NCBI GenBank assembly: GCA_002104905.1
Contig: MCFE01000311.1
Location: forward strand, 33,561 to 97,560
Direction: 5' to 3'
Origin: Basidiobolus meristosporus CBS 931.73
Lineage: Eukaryota > Fungi > Basidiobolomycota
Length of the DNA: 64,000 bases
Below the pieces are notes generated by a model, which searched no databases, had not been told where the DNA came from, and worked only from the letters and a program-made list of their open reading frames with translations. A program made the translations under genes and the position numbers. Shown in pieces: positions 51,000-62,017 of this stretch (the stretch's first letter is position 1; every line of letters begins with the position of its first letter).

Positions 51000-53688
51000 G
51001 CTTACCCACTACTACCTTGGGTATGCCACATATAGCTCTAATAAAAAACCATGGCCTCCTGCTTACTAACCTCTACAAAAGTGCACACCTGCCGCAATTG
51101 ACATACTTCTATCACCTCAACTTTACGGCTTTTTAGTGTGATACTTGCAAAGTTGCCATGTACCTTGTACTGCTGGTAGCATATATATCTTGCAAACATA
51201 TGCTTGGTTGTTGCCACTTCTGCTATGAATACCTCCTGAATATCAGCAAAGAACTTCTTGCTATTTAGCCAATATATTCCTTCTCCCTGCTGGACTCTAG
51301 TCCCGCTTATAGGTGCACTCTGGCTTTTGTTTGTGTGAATTCCGTATTGAATGGTGTAGAAGTTGGCTGTGACCACAAGAAATCCAGCATATCTTGGTGG
51401 AGTTTTCCTGATAATAATTAGTTGCTTTTTTGCACCCAACCCAACATCGCATTACTTAACTGATTACCCATGCATTGGGGCTGCTTAGCTTCTTAATGCC
51501 ATAGGCATAGGTGTCTCCATGTGCACATTTGTCCTCAGTTTTTGCAACTCTTTCTAGCTGTCCTCCATGCGCCAACTCATCACATCCATGACAGACTTGA
51601 AGGTAATATTCTTGATAAGATTGGGATATGGTAGTACCTGTGACTTGACTTGTCTTCCTATCTGCCCACACATCCACTCCATAGGAAACTCCCAGAAGGT
51701 GAAGCAAGGCCCAAAATTCTCCACACACCAGGCAAGATGGAGTAGAGAATGGATACAGTAGCGGCAGAGATCTACGCATTCAAATTTATGTTTGTAGTAT
51801 AGCTGCTCAAATCCTGTCATAAACTCCTCACACAACAGCTGTATATGCGTCAAGTTGGCATTGGTGATCCGCTTCTGGATAAATATTCCTACAATGTCCA
51901 CATATGACTCCCAATGCTTCCAATGTACTCTTGGTAGGAATGGCTTCAGAACACCACTTGAATAAATACATATCCAGTTCATCCAGTCTTTGCATTTGTA
52001 TTGTTGCATATGCATATAAATATTAATTGGAGCCTGCGAGAAGTACTTAGGGTAGCAGAAACTCTGTAATATCTTAACAATTTGTTCAATTTTCTCTGGT
52101 ATCTCAAAGGGCTCATTTAGCTTGAAATGCCCCATGTACAACTTGGTCATCAGCATAGGGATATTGTTGAAAAGCAAATGCATTGCTCCCAGTGGAAAGC
52201 TTTTGTTCCAACAGATACCCTCTATCTTAAGTATCTCTGGTTTCTGATTGATTCCATATTCCGGCCAATGGCTTATAGCTTGCCAACTTTGTGCAATTGC
52301 ATGCTTACTTCTGAACATTCTCTCTATGGAAAGATGATGTTCTTAGTGCTGGTGTTTGGGTAATAATGATGTGTGTGAGTTATGGAGTAAATCCCTTGGA
52401 TCTCACACATTTGACAGCAATACCGTCCATTGTGCCCAGAAAAACCTGCTATCTTGCTGATGGCTGGGGTATCTCCAATGCAGATAATAATATGCGCTTT
52501 TACATGACGGCCATTTACCGTAAACCTGCTGGAAAGCATACAAAATGCAATCAGCAATGGATACAGGTAGCTATCCAGGTTGGATGGTGATTTAGGCCCA
52601 GATACCAGTGAGACAACCATCTGATTATTGCTCTGATACCATAAGATGGGTGGCAGATTCAGATTGATGAGAATCAGTGGCCAGCAGGATTTGCTGGTAG
52701 AGTACTTGTTTAATGAGAATCCATCAAGTGCTAAAGCAAAGGCATGGTCATACATACCTTTGAAGTAGCCCTTGCTTCTTAGCTGTTTGTAAAGTTTGCC
52801 ATCAAATATATTGGATATGCTTGAGCTTGATTGATACTGAGTGTGGTACTTTATAGCTTTGCAATATTTGTTGGACTGCATCAGCTTCCTCAGATGGGGT
52901 GTGACCAGAATATATCCGGAGTGTGAACAATGTTTTCCCTCAATGGTGGTGGATTCCTGACAATTTGGACACATTGCAATTGTAGCATTTTTGGATGTGA
53001 ATGCCATGCAACTGTTAACACATGCTGGAATCAGGACAGTCTCTGGATCATGAGTTGCCAGCCGCATAATGGTTGTCCACTTGTACAATGTACATGATAA
53101 GTTGCATCCTGGTATGATTTTGGCAAGAAGTAGTAATAAATCCTCAAAGCCCCCATTACTGATATTAGTAGAAACGTGCCACTTCTCTAGCCACAACATT
53201 ACATCATTCACCAGTAGATGGATTACTGGGATCACTTGGCTCCATAAAGTATCCTTGGCATTTGTTTCAATGGGTATTGTCTCATTGCATATAGGGATTT
53301 GACTGGGCTCATACATGGTACTGTTGTTAGGGGAGATAGGCTCAAAATCCATCAGTGAACCTTCTTTGTCAGAGCTATCACTCAGCATGCCATATTCAGA
53401 AGGCTGAGGTGAGCCTAAAGGTGTCACAAACTCACCTGACTCAGTTTGCGCAAGGTGACAAAGATGGCCAGGTGCCAATATAGTAGTATCAACTGGCTGG
53501 CAAGATAATGGTGGTACAGTAGTGACCAATGAATGGTCAAGTATGACTTGGGAGGCAAAACACTGGCCGTGATCCTTGTAATACTTCCTGTGCTGTCTGT
53601 GTGCTTCATGGCTGAGAGGCTTGCCACAATAGCCACATGGTCTTTTTTCTCTTCTCTTATGGCATTGAGTCAAAGTAGTCTTGTCCAT
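51000..53688 (-). pseudogene. CACTA/EnSpm transposase (Transposase_21/tnp2-type), frameshifted
   Basis: NIFDGKLY, ALALDGFS, WPLILINLNLPP, SGPKSPSNLDSYLYPL, GDTPAISKIAGFSGHNGRYCCQMC and GAMHLLFNN motifs in ORFs 52324-53688, 51554-52318 and 51038-51439. Confidence 0.9.
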
Positions 53689-53910
53689 GGGGCAAACAGT
53701 TTGACCTTCAACAGCATAACACTATTATATCACTTTTTGGTCAATACTTGCGTGAACTTAAGACAGTCTTGTATTTGAGACATTGTACCTACATGAATGT
53801 AAGATTCAATGATGACCTGCCATAGTAAGCATAATAAATAAAGTTGTGGTACCACATACACACGTATATGTAACACTATTTCCCCTTTGGTTTGACTCAC
53901 TTCCATATAT

Positions 53911-55978
53911 ATGCCACCAAAAAATAAAGCAAAGTTGTCTAGTTCTCAACCTAACCCCTCTGCTGACGGCAACAGAAGAATGGTTGGACAACAGCTTGCT
54001 TTGACATTCAGTGCCACAAGTGGGGCTACATCCAAAATGGCCCTGTGGGCAGTGTGCCCATTGAAGGTAATAATGCGGACTCCTCAGGCTCTCAGTCAAG
54101 TAGGTAATTGAGAACCTCTTTGGAGCCACAAGCTGACTGTTATGCTCAGGCAGATGCAAATGTAGCAAACGCAGTACCCTCTGTTGAAGATCAGCAAGTG
54201 GCCATGATAGCATCACCACCACCAATACTAGCAAGTATGTTGTCAGCTCATACCAAAGGATTAATGAAGCAATTAGGTGCAGTGGCTGATAGGATAGATG
54301 CAATGGCCCAGAGAAATCAGGAAGTAGTCCAGAAACAGGATGAGCGGATAATACGTGTAGAGTAATCAATATCCCAGGTAGAGAAAGCAGTATCTTTGCT
54401 GCAAAGAAGGAACTCAAGTAGCTCAATGTCATAGCCAAGAATTGAGCCATTTCCCAATGTAACAGCAGAGGAACACCATACAGTCTTTGAAGCACAACAA
54501 CAGTGCCCAAAGATAAAGCCCACAGAAAAACCTATCACAGCATGGGAGGGAGACAATGTGGTGTTTGTACTAAAGCCTAAAAATCAAAAGACATTGAAGA
54601 TCTGTGAAGCTGTTGAGTGCAATAATGAAGAGTGGGCTAATATACAAGAGGCTGTCAGAAGTCTAGCACGCCATCACCTTAAGGCTGGCATACCATGGGA
54701 CCATCAGGAACTCAAGGCCAAGCAGAATGCACTTGACTGGTTCCATGAGCATTATCCTGGATTCAAATGGGCAAACAGATTTTGGGCCAGCATTGGTATG
54801 CTAAGAAAGCTTCTTAAGAATAGCAGAAACTATCAAAGACAGAAGAACAAGGGTGCCATGGCTGAAAACCAGTGGCTTCCTCAAGAGCCCGTTACAAGAA
54901 GGGCCAAAAGCTCCAGACAAGCGTCAAAGAGATGTCAGGCAGCTGGAAGAGTGCCAGTTAAGGACAAGCAGGCAGACATGGATGCACCAGCACAACATTT
55001 ATCAAGGAAAAAGCGTAGTATCACTCAAGAAGCACCCAGTCAAAGTAGCAGTGAAGGACCTGGCAGTGATAAAAACCAGCCGCTTTTACAGGAGCCCTTC
55101 ACAACTATGGTTGAGAGCTCAAAACAAGCTGAAAAAAAACGTCAGGTGGCCAGAAGAGTGCCAGCAAGGGACAGGCAGGCCAAAACAGATGCATCAGAGC
55201 AGAATTTATCCAGGAGAAAATGTAGTTCTTTACAAGATGCACTCTGACAAAGTAGTAGTGAAAGACCTGGCTGTGATAAAGGAAAAGTTAAGGGAAAAAT
55301 GTCTACCCAAGCTTGAGTCAGGGAGGCATGCAAAAAAAACTGCAGTTCTTGCCAATTAACGCCGCAAGCCAGGAACAGACTGAATCCCATCATAGCCAAG
55401 AACAATTACCAACAAGAAAACAGCTGTTTTCACAAGAGTTGGAAGCACAGCCAGTTAAGCTGCACTCCAGCAAGGTAGATGAGTTTGCTGAAAAAGGCAA
55501 TTTGTCAACCACAGCCTCCACAGCCTCCATTGTTGACAGAGTAGAGATCCCACTGACAGACAAGGCTATAATGCCAAGAGCTCAAAAGACTATCACAATG
55601 CCTTCAGTGGAGTTTTGGAACATTAATAGGCACACCAAGAGGTTGCAGCACTTCTTCAAGAGCAGTGCGCAAGAAAATGCACTGGAATATTGCAAGAATT
55701 TATTGCAAAGACTGGCAGATGAGGAGCTAGACCTTGCAGTGCCGGCTGAAGACCAGGATGTGTGGGAACCAGTGAATGAACAGCGGCATAAAGCCATTGG
55801 GTTCCTGCCAAAGTTGTGGAACCAGAGCATTACAGCAGAAGCACTTATTGAGTGGTGGATTTTAATGGAGTTACTTGTTGAGTGTGGGGTTGGGCTTAAT
55901 GTTATTGTTGGGTATAGAGACTTGTATAGGTCAATACAATTGGCAATTGAGGTACAACTGAAGTTTCAATGGAAATAA
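53911..55978 (+). pseudogene. CACTA ORF2 (~690 aa reconstructed; putative DNA-binding/accessory protein)
   Basis: In-frame pieces 53911-54111, 54108-54365 and 54558-55247, then 55313-55978 after a frameshift. Helical W-containing segment EWANIQEAVRSLARHHL...PWDHQ...FWASIGML. Repeated in copies B, C and D. Confidence 0.7.
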
Positions 55979-58900
55979 ATCATTTTGTACGCATGAAAAG
56001 TAAGAGAAATGGTTGAGTCAGGAAGTAAGGAGTGTGAAAAAGAGGCAATAGCCAATCAATTCACCAAACATAGGAGGCAATAGAGTGTCTGGGATCAGAA
56101 AGTGAGCAAATTGGCAGGGAACCAATTAAAAGCCACTTATACATTATTGTGATGAAAAATTTTGACAAAGTTTTTCGTGAAATTTAGGGTGCAATTATTT
56201 TTCAATGGTCTCTGGACAGTGTCCTGACAAGATCAGTACCTCTCAGTCATGGGACATTAACTTTGTGACGGCCTTTTGACGGGATCATATAAATAATTTT
56301 TTATTGGGTGGCAGTTGGTAGTCTTCTAATAAAGTCAATTACCCATCTTTCAAGTGGTCTTACTGGCTACAAGGGAAAGAGTCTGTCAATTCTTTGTGGC
56401 TGGCCTTGATTGATTTGGTAGTTTGGGCAGGTTTTCACCAGCTTCCCAATATCTTGTTTCATTCTGGGCCACCATGCTCTGGCTTTCACAAGGCTATAGG
56501 TTCCTTTAATCCCACAATGTTCATATCCATTGTGTAGCCTATGTATTAAATCCAGGCAAGCAACATAAGGGCAATAGGCAATGGGGCTTCCATCAACCAT
56601 TTGGTAAAGTGCTTATCCTGTACTGCAAGTGTGCTGGCTTCATCCCAGATTATCTTCTTGTTCTCTTCATCCAACTGATTAGGAATGGCTTGGTCCTCCA
56701 AGTACTTTGGTAATAAGCTAGGCCCATCTGATTCATGCACCAAGTTGAGTTGTGCAACTTGTTGTAATCTTGGTAAGGCATCAGCAACCGTGTTGTTTTT
56801 CCCAGGGCAGTAGACAAGCTTCAAATCAAATTGTAGAGTGTATTCACTCCATCTTGTCATTCTTCCAGAGAGTGCCTTCTGGGTAATGTACATTTGAGCA
56901 TGGCATGATCAGTCTTCATGGTGTATTTGACTCCTTCAATATAGCATCTCAATATCTTCATGCAGTGTATTATTGCAAGCATTTCCTTCTCATGCACTGG
57001 ATAGTTTTGTTCTGCTGAGTTCAGTTTCTTGGACTCAAAGGCAATAGGGTAGTTCTTTCCCTCATGTTCTTGGCTCAACACTCCACCAATTGCATGATCT
57101 GATGCATCTGTGGACAGAGTAAACTCTTTTCTGAAGTCAGGTATTCTTAAGCTTGGCAGCTTAACAAGCTCATTCTTGAGCATCAAGAAGGCAGTCTCAC
57201 AAACTATGTCCCACTTGTAGGTATTGTCTTTCTTGAGGATATCAGTTAAAGGAGCTGCAATACTCACAAAGAACTTGACATAACTCCAATAATAGGAGAC
57301 CATTCCAAGGAACAATCTGAGCTCTGATATGCTATGGGGCTGCTTCATATTCTTGATAACCTTGACCTTCTTGCGGGCTAATGTCACCCCTGTGCTAGTC
57401 ACTCTGTGTCCCAGATATTCCACATGTTACTTGAAGAATTCACACTTGGCTAGTGTGCCATATAGCTTGATCATTCTTAGATCCTTCAGGACCTTTCTAA
57501 TGTACACCACATGATCTTCTTCTGTCTTGCTGTATATCAGTATGTCATCTTGGTAGGTTATCACAAACTTGTCTAAGTACTCCTGAAAGACAGTCTGCAT
57601 CAGGGTCATAAATGTTGCAGGGGCATTGGTGAGGCCAAAGCTCATAACTAAATACTCATAGTGTTCATATCTGGTCCTGAATGCTGTCTTAGGAATGTCT
57701 TCTGGCTTCACCCTAATCTGGTTGTATCCTGACATGAGGTCAATCTTGCTGAAGATAGTGGCTCCACTGAGTTGGTCCAAAAGCTCATCAGTCCCAAGGT
57801 ATGGGGTATTTACTCTTCACAGAGACTGAGTTGAGGGCTCTGTAGTCAATGCACATCCTAAGTGTTCCTTCCTTCTTCTTCACAAAAAGTACTGGTGCTC
57901 CCCAAGGTGACTTGCTGGGTCTGATATATCCCTGCTCCAATACCTGATCTATTTGTCTCTTCATCTCTTCCAACTCCAATGGACTCATTCTGTAAAGTGT
58001 CTTACTCACTGGAGGTCTATCTCCTGTGTCAATGGCATGATTTGCAGCTCTGACTAGTGGTAGGCTTACAAGTTCCTCTGAAAAACATCTGAATATTCCT
58101 TCAAATGTGTCTGGACTTTCTGGGGTACTGGAGTACAGGAATCCTCCTGTAATACTGCCATGAGGAACATCTGGGTGCTTTTCTAAGTGCTCTACACAAC
58201 TGCGTCTTGCTAAGTTCATTTGTCTCACACACACTGGAATTGACCAAGTTGAAATTCAGTCTGGCAGGTAATAGCTCATATGTGTTGTTGTCCTTCAGGT
58301 TCTGAGTAGCATGGGTTCTCCAGTTGATTGATGGATTACAACAAAATAGCCAGGTTTTTCCAAGTACAAGGTCAAACTTGCAGTTCCCAGATATATAGGC
58401 CTGTAGGTCTTCTTCATAGTCATTGATCTTCATGCTTACTGGCTGTGTAATATGGTTGATTATATCAGAGCTCCCATTGGCTGTTGAGACTGAGGCTGAT
58501 TTGGTGGGTTCTGAGTTGATTCCAGCTTTCAAAGCAAATAGCTCTGAAGTGCACTTATGCAATGCTCTTAAGTCAATCATGGTCTTTGCAGATACTCCAT
58601 TGATTACTCCATTCAAATATAATAGCTTCCTGAGTTTGAGGTCATCTGAGATAGGTATTCTTCTGTCATATGGAAGGTGAGTTCTGAGTCTGCTTCAAGT
58701 TCATCCTCCATGTAACTTTGCTCAAGGGCTTCAATAAGGTTGAAGGTTCTTGATGGCTGGTGCCCATTTCTTCTCTGAGGGCAGTACTTTGCAATATGTT
58801 CCTGCTGGTGGTAATTGATGCAAAGTCCTTTCTTCTTACATTCTTCTGAGGTAGGATTCTTCTGCATAGTGTCTATTTCTATTGGCACTGCTTCTGGTTG

Positions 58901-59805
58901 TCTTCTTTGATAACAATTGTAGCCTCTCTCATTGATTAATGTGGGCTTCCCAACTCCACACATAGCTGAGTTATAGTCAATGGCAATTTTGATGGCTTCT
59001 TTAATAGTATGGGGTCTTTTATAAGTCACTTCCTTGCAACTTCTTTCTTTAAATCCATCAATATGTATTCCACTTGATCCAGGGGGTCCATCCCTTCAGT
59101 AGTCTAAGTAGACATCTATATACTTAGATATACTCTTGAACCATTCCTTTCTGTCTGAGTGCCAACAAGTTTCTTCTTAGTAGTGTCTGCTGGTGTGGAG
59201 ACTCAGAATCATCCTGAATTTCTGACACAAACTCATCCCAGGTCAAGATTGTAGAGCATCCCATCATGGTGGCTGACCTGATCTTGCTGTGGTACCACTG
59301 TAGAGCTGCATCTGCCAGGTAAGAGGCTGCGTAATGTGACTTGCTTTCTGGAGTAATTCCCTTGCCTTGAAAGCTTCTTCAATCTGTAAGAGCCAAGTTC
59401 CCAGGTTTTCATTGACTCTACCATGGTACCAGTTTACCTTCACACTTATGCTACTATTGACAGGGTTTTGCTGGCTTTGGGCCATGGTAGTCATTCCTTG
59501 TGGCTGCTGGCTAAGGATCTGGAGTAACTGTTGCTGCTGGGGCAGGATTTGCTGCATGGCATTCTTCCATCCTAACCATATTTTCATCTCATTATTAATA
59601 CTGCCTTTACATCTGTCATGAATATGAAGAACTGGCATATAGAGAACAGCTAAAAGGAGTGAAAAAATGCCAAGTACAGATGTGAACATGGTGACACTTA
59701 CACCTTTGGCATTGAGAGGCCAAGTAGCTGCTGTGAGCGGGTAATCAGTCATTCAAGGCAAGGTTGGGTTGAACACAATATGCAACTACCTTTTACTAGG
59801 ACAAC

Positions 59806-61382
59806 TGTTGTATCCAAGCAAAAAGTGTAATAAAACTCTTGAATGAATTAACTGAACCCAAGTGATAACTGAGCGCAGAATCCTAGAATTGTCAAGGGTG
59901 ACAGAAATATTAGCGGAGAAGTTCTGGTCTAATGTTGGTTTTGTATATTGTTAAGTTGGGCTATCAAGGCAACAGAATTGGTTTGCTATACAGCCTAGGC
60001 TTGGTGTTCTTGGGAATGCTAAATATGCTAGGCTTGGGTGGAAACTAGAACGGAATTGTTGATTTCTTAATTTTGCTGAGGCACAATCTTAATTTTGTTG
60101 ACACACACACTAAACCAAAAGTTTCAGTAATTTTTATTTATATTTTTCTGATCAAGTTGAATTTGTAAGTGCTGTGGTGGTGTATAAGTCCAATGGGTAA
60201 AATACAGCCAACACTTCTCAAGTGTGTATATGTGTGGGGTGCTCACTGAGTGCAATAACCTCTGTCAAAAGCTTGCTAGGAATACTGGGTCTTCTGTCTA
60301 GTCTAATGTGAAGGGGGATAAAGCCTCAAGCTTGTCAAGGGAAAGCTATTGAGCTACAATCCCCAACTTAGTTGGCGTCTTAACAAAAGTTTATACTGGC
60401 TTCAATGTCCTTTGAGATGGCAGTGTACTAAAGCTTCCAAAGTCAAAACAACTGTAAACTCCATCAATATGGACTTGATAAGAATGCAGCTTTGACCAAT
60501 AGTTACAAAGACTGAAAAGTATCTTTGCCTGTACAAGAACAAACTTGGGAAAACAATCAAATAAAATAAGATATACCTACTCTGAGCATTCCTCACAAGT
60601 AGTGCCCCCAAGGTCAGTTGGCTGTCAGCATGGTTTCCTGGGAGTATTATCAGGTCTGAGTTAGAAAGTAGTGGTAATAGACAGTGGTGATTTCACTAAT
60701 CAACAAGTTGGAATATTGGAAGAGGGATGATTTATTTGTAAGGGATAGCCTTCCTTATACACTTTTTTTTTCTGCTCAAATTCTTGCTAGAAAATACTTT
60801 CCAGAAGTTTCCAGAAGGTAGTAGAGAGCCAATCATGTCATTGTGTACTAAAAATAGCTCAAATTTTTGGTGGATTGTTCCATGAGACATAGTAGTACCT
60901 AGCCAATCAGATAGTGGTAATATGAAACCAGTGTGTCATGTAGTTACCTCATATGGTAGTAGGATAGGAGGGTTATGAGACCAGGATGGTCACATGACTT
61001 AGGCATATCTGCCTGCAGGCGTCACTGTGACCCCGCTACAGCACCAAGAGTCTGGCCTAATTGAAATCTGTTTCTGTTGGAGTGTTGATAGGTGCATAAG
61101 ATAAATGAAAAATTGCAGCATTAATCAACTGATGTCTTGGCAACTACTAAGTGATTGGATAGATCTCAGATGACTAATCCTTTGGAAAGGCTTAGCAGAT
61201 CAGTTGAGGGCATAATGACCACTTGAAAATTGATCAGGTGTGACAGTTAAAAATGGATTCTGTGAAGTGACAAAATTGACCATAACAGGGATTAGTTATG
61301 TATAGGTTAGGGAAAATCAGTTAGGGTATTAGATTTTCTAACTGAGTGAAATTGGCTAGGTTTTAAATGTTGATGCACAACA
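59806..61382 (-). mobile_element. Solo LTR-D containing a nested solo LTR-B
   Basis: TGTTG...CAACA termini and perfect TSD ACAAC (59801-59805; 61383-61387). Confidence 0.88.
60173..61040 (-). mobile_element. Solo LTR-B (868 bp)
   Basis: TGTGGTGG...CCGCTACA termini. Flanks GTGC/GCAC are consistent with a GCGC TSD decayed by CpG deamination. Confidence 0.85.
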
Positions 61383-62017
61383 ACAACTTTATCAAGTGTG
61401 CCAGCTTTCAACTGGGTACAAGCCTGTTTCTACACCATTCAATTCAGAACTTGAGTAAACAAAGAGGGATGATTCCACAATGGAGTATAAGAACTGTGAA
61501 AGGGGAGGTAGCAAACAGAAATACCATTTGGTATAGTGGCAGGGTATCATTCTACACAACTAACTGAGGGCAGCAGCACTGCTGTTTTAATGCACACAGA
61601 AGTCTATATTGAGGACATCAAAGCACTGCCAAGTTTCTTTTCATATATGGCATTTGCATATATTAGCAGGCTGGGTCTGCTTAAGTTAGTGCAGACTGCA
61701 ATAAGGCCGTTAGATTGCCATGCAAGTCCCACAAAAGGACCACTTAAACACCATCAAGCTTATTAACCTAGTTAGTAGCAAAATCAGCAATACACCACCA
61801 TAATCCTGCTTTGAGATAGTAAGAGCTTCTATATTTCCCTCCTGCTGGCATTATAATGACCTCATAACAGGATCCAATGGCTGATCTGAATTGGATCCAC
61901 CTGTAGAGCCAAGTTACATTTTGTAGAGATCCAGGAGCCTTTCATATACATACCTTGAGGTCAGGTCTTCAGTGCTGGACTTGGGGGTGGATACATGGCC
62001 CTGAGGCCTGTCTGTTC

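Larger units (their letters stand above)
50525..56308 (-). mobile_element. Full-length CACTA/EnSpm copy A (5784 bp, best preserved)
   Basis: C(T)CAATGAAAAAT...ATTTTTTATTGGG termini and subterminal GACAGGATC/GGATCC repeats. Two divergent genes. The flanks rejoin to gypsy integrase. Confidence 0.9.
45540..59555 (-). mobile_element. Ty3/gypsy element G1 (5'-truncated); pieces 56309-~59555, 50490-50524, 46280-47099; 3' LTR-C 45540-46279
   Basis: Gag (WLLQIEEAF), RT (FSKIDLMSGYNQI...MSFGLTNAPATF...YQDDILIYS), RNase H (TDASDHAIGGVL...YPVHEKEMLAI) and integrase (WVIDF...WILVTIDHATNWPVAKAV, rebuilt across two insertions). Confidence 0.9.
59555..61928 (+). mobile_element. Diverged CACTA fragment H (transposase 3' end plus decayed TIR), split by a solo LTR-D
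   Basis: 59555-59805 and 61383-61928 are homologous to the reverse complement of 50525-51630. Confidence 0.65.

Noticed and set aside
13128-56308. TnpB/Fanzor or other RNA-guided nuclease as the second gene of either DNA transposon
   Set aside because: No RuvC-like motifs or terminal CxxC zinc finger were seen in either ORF2.
57427-57780. Atypical YQDD reverse-transcriptase motif in G1
   Set aside because: Single decayed copy with multiple frameshifts; most simply a point mutation of YLDD.
59806-61382. Initially read as the 5' LTR of gypsy G1
   Set aside because: It has its own perfect TSD (ACAAC) within a CACTA fragment and does not match G1's 3' LTR-C, so it is an independent solo LTR.
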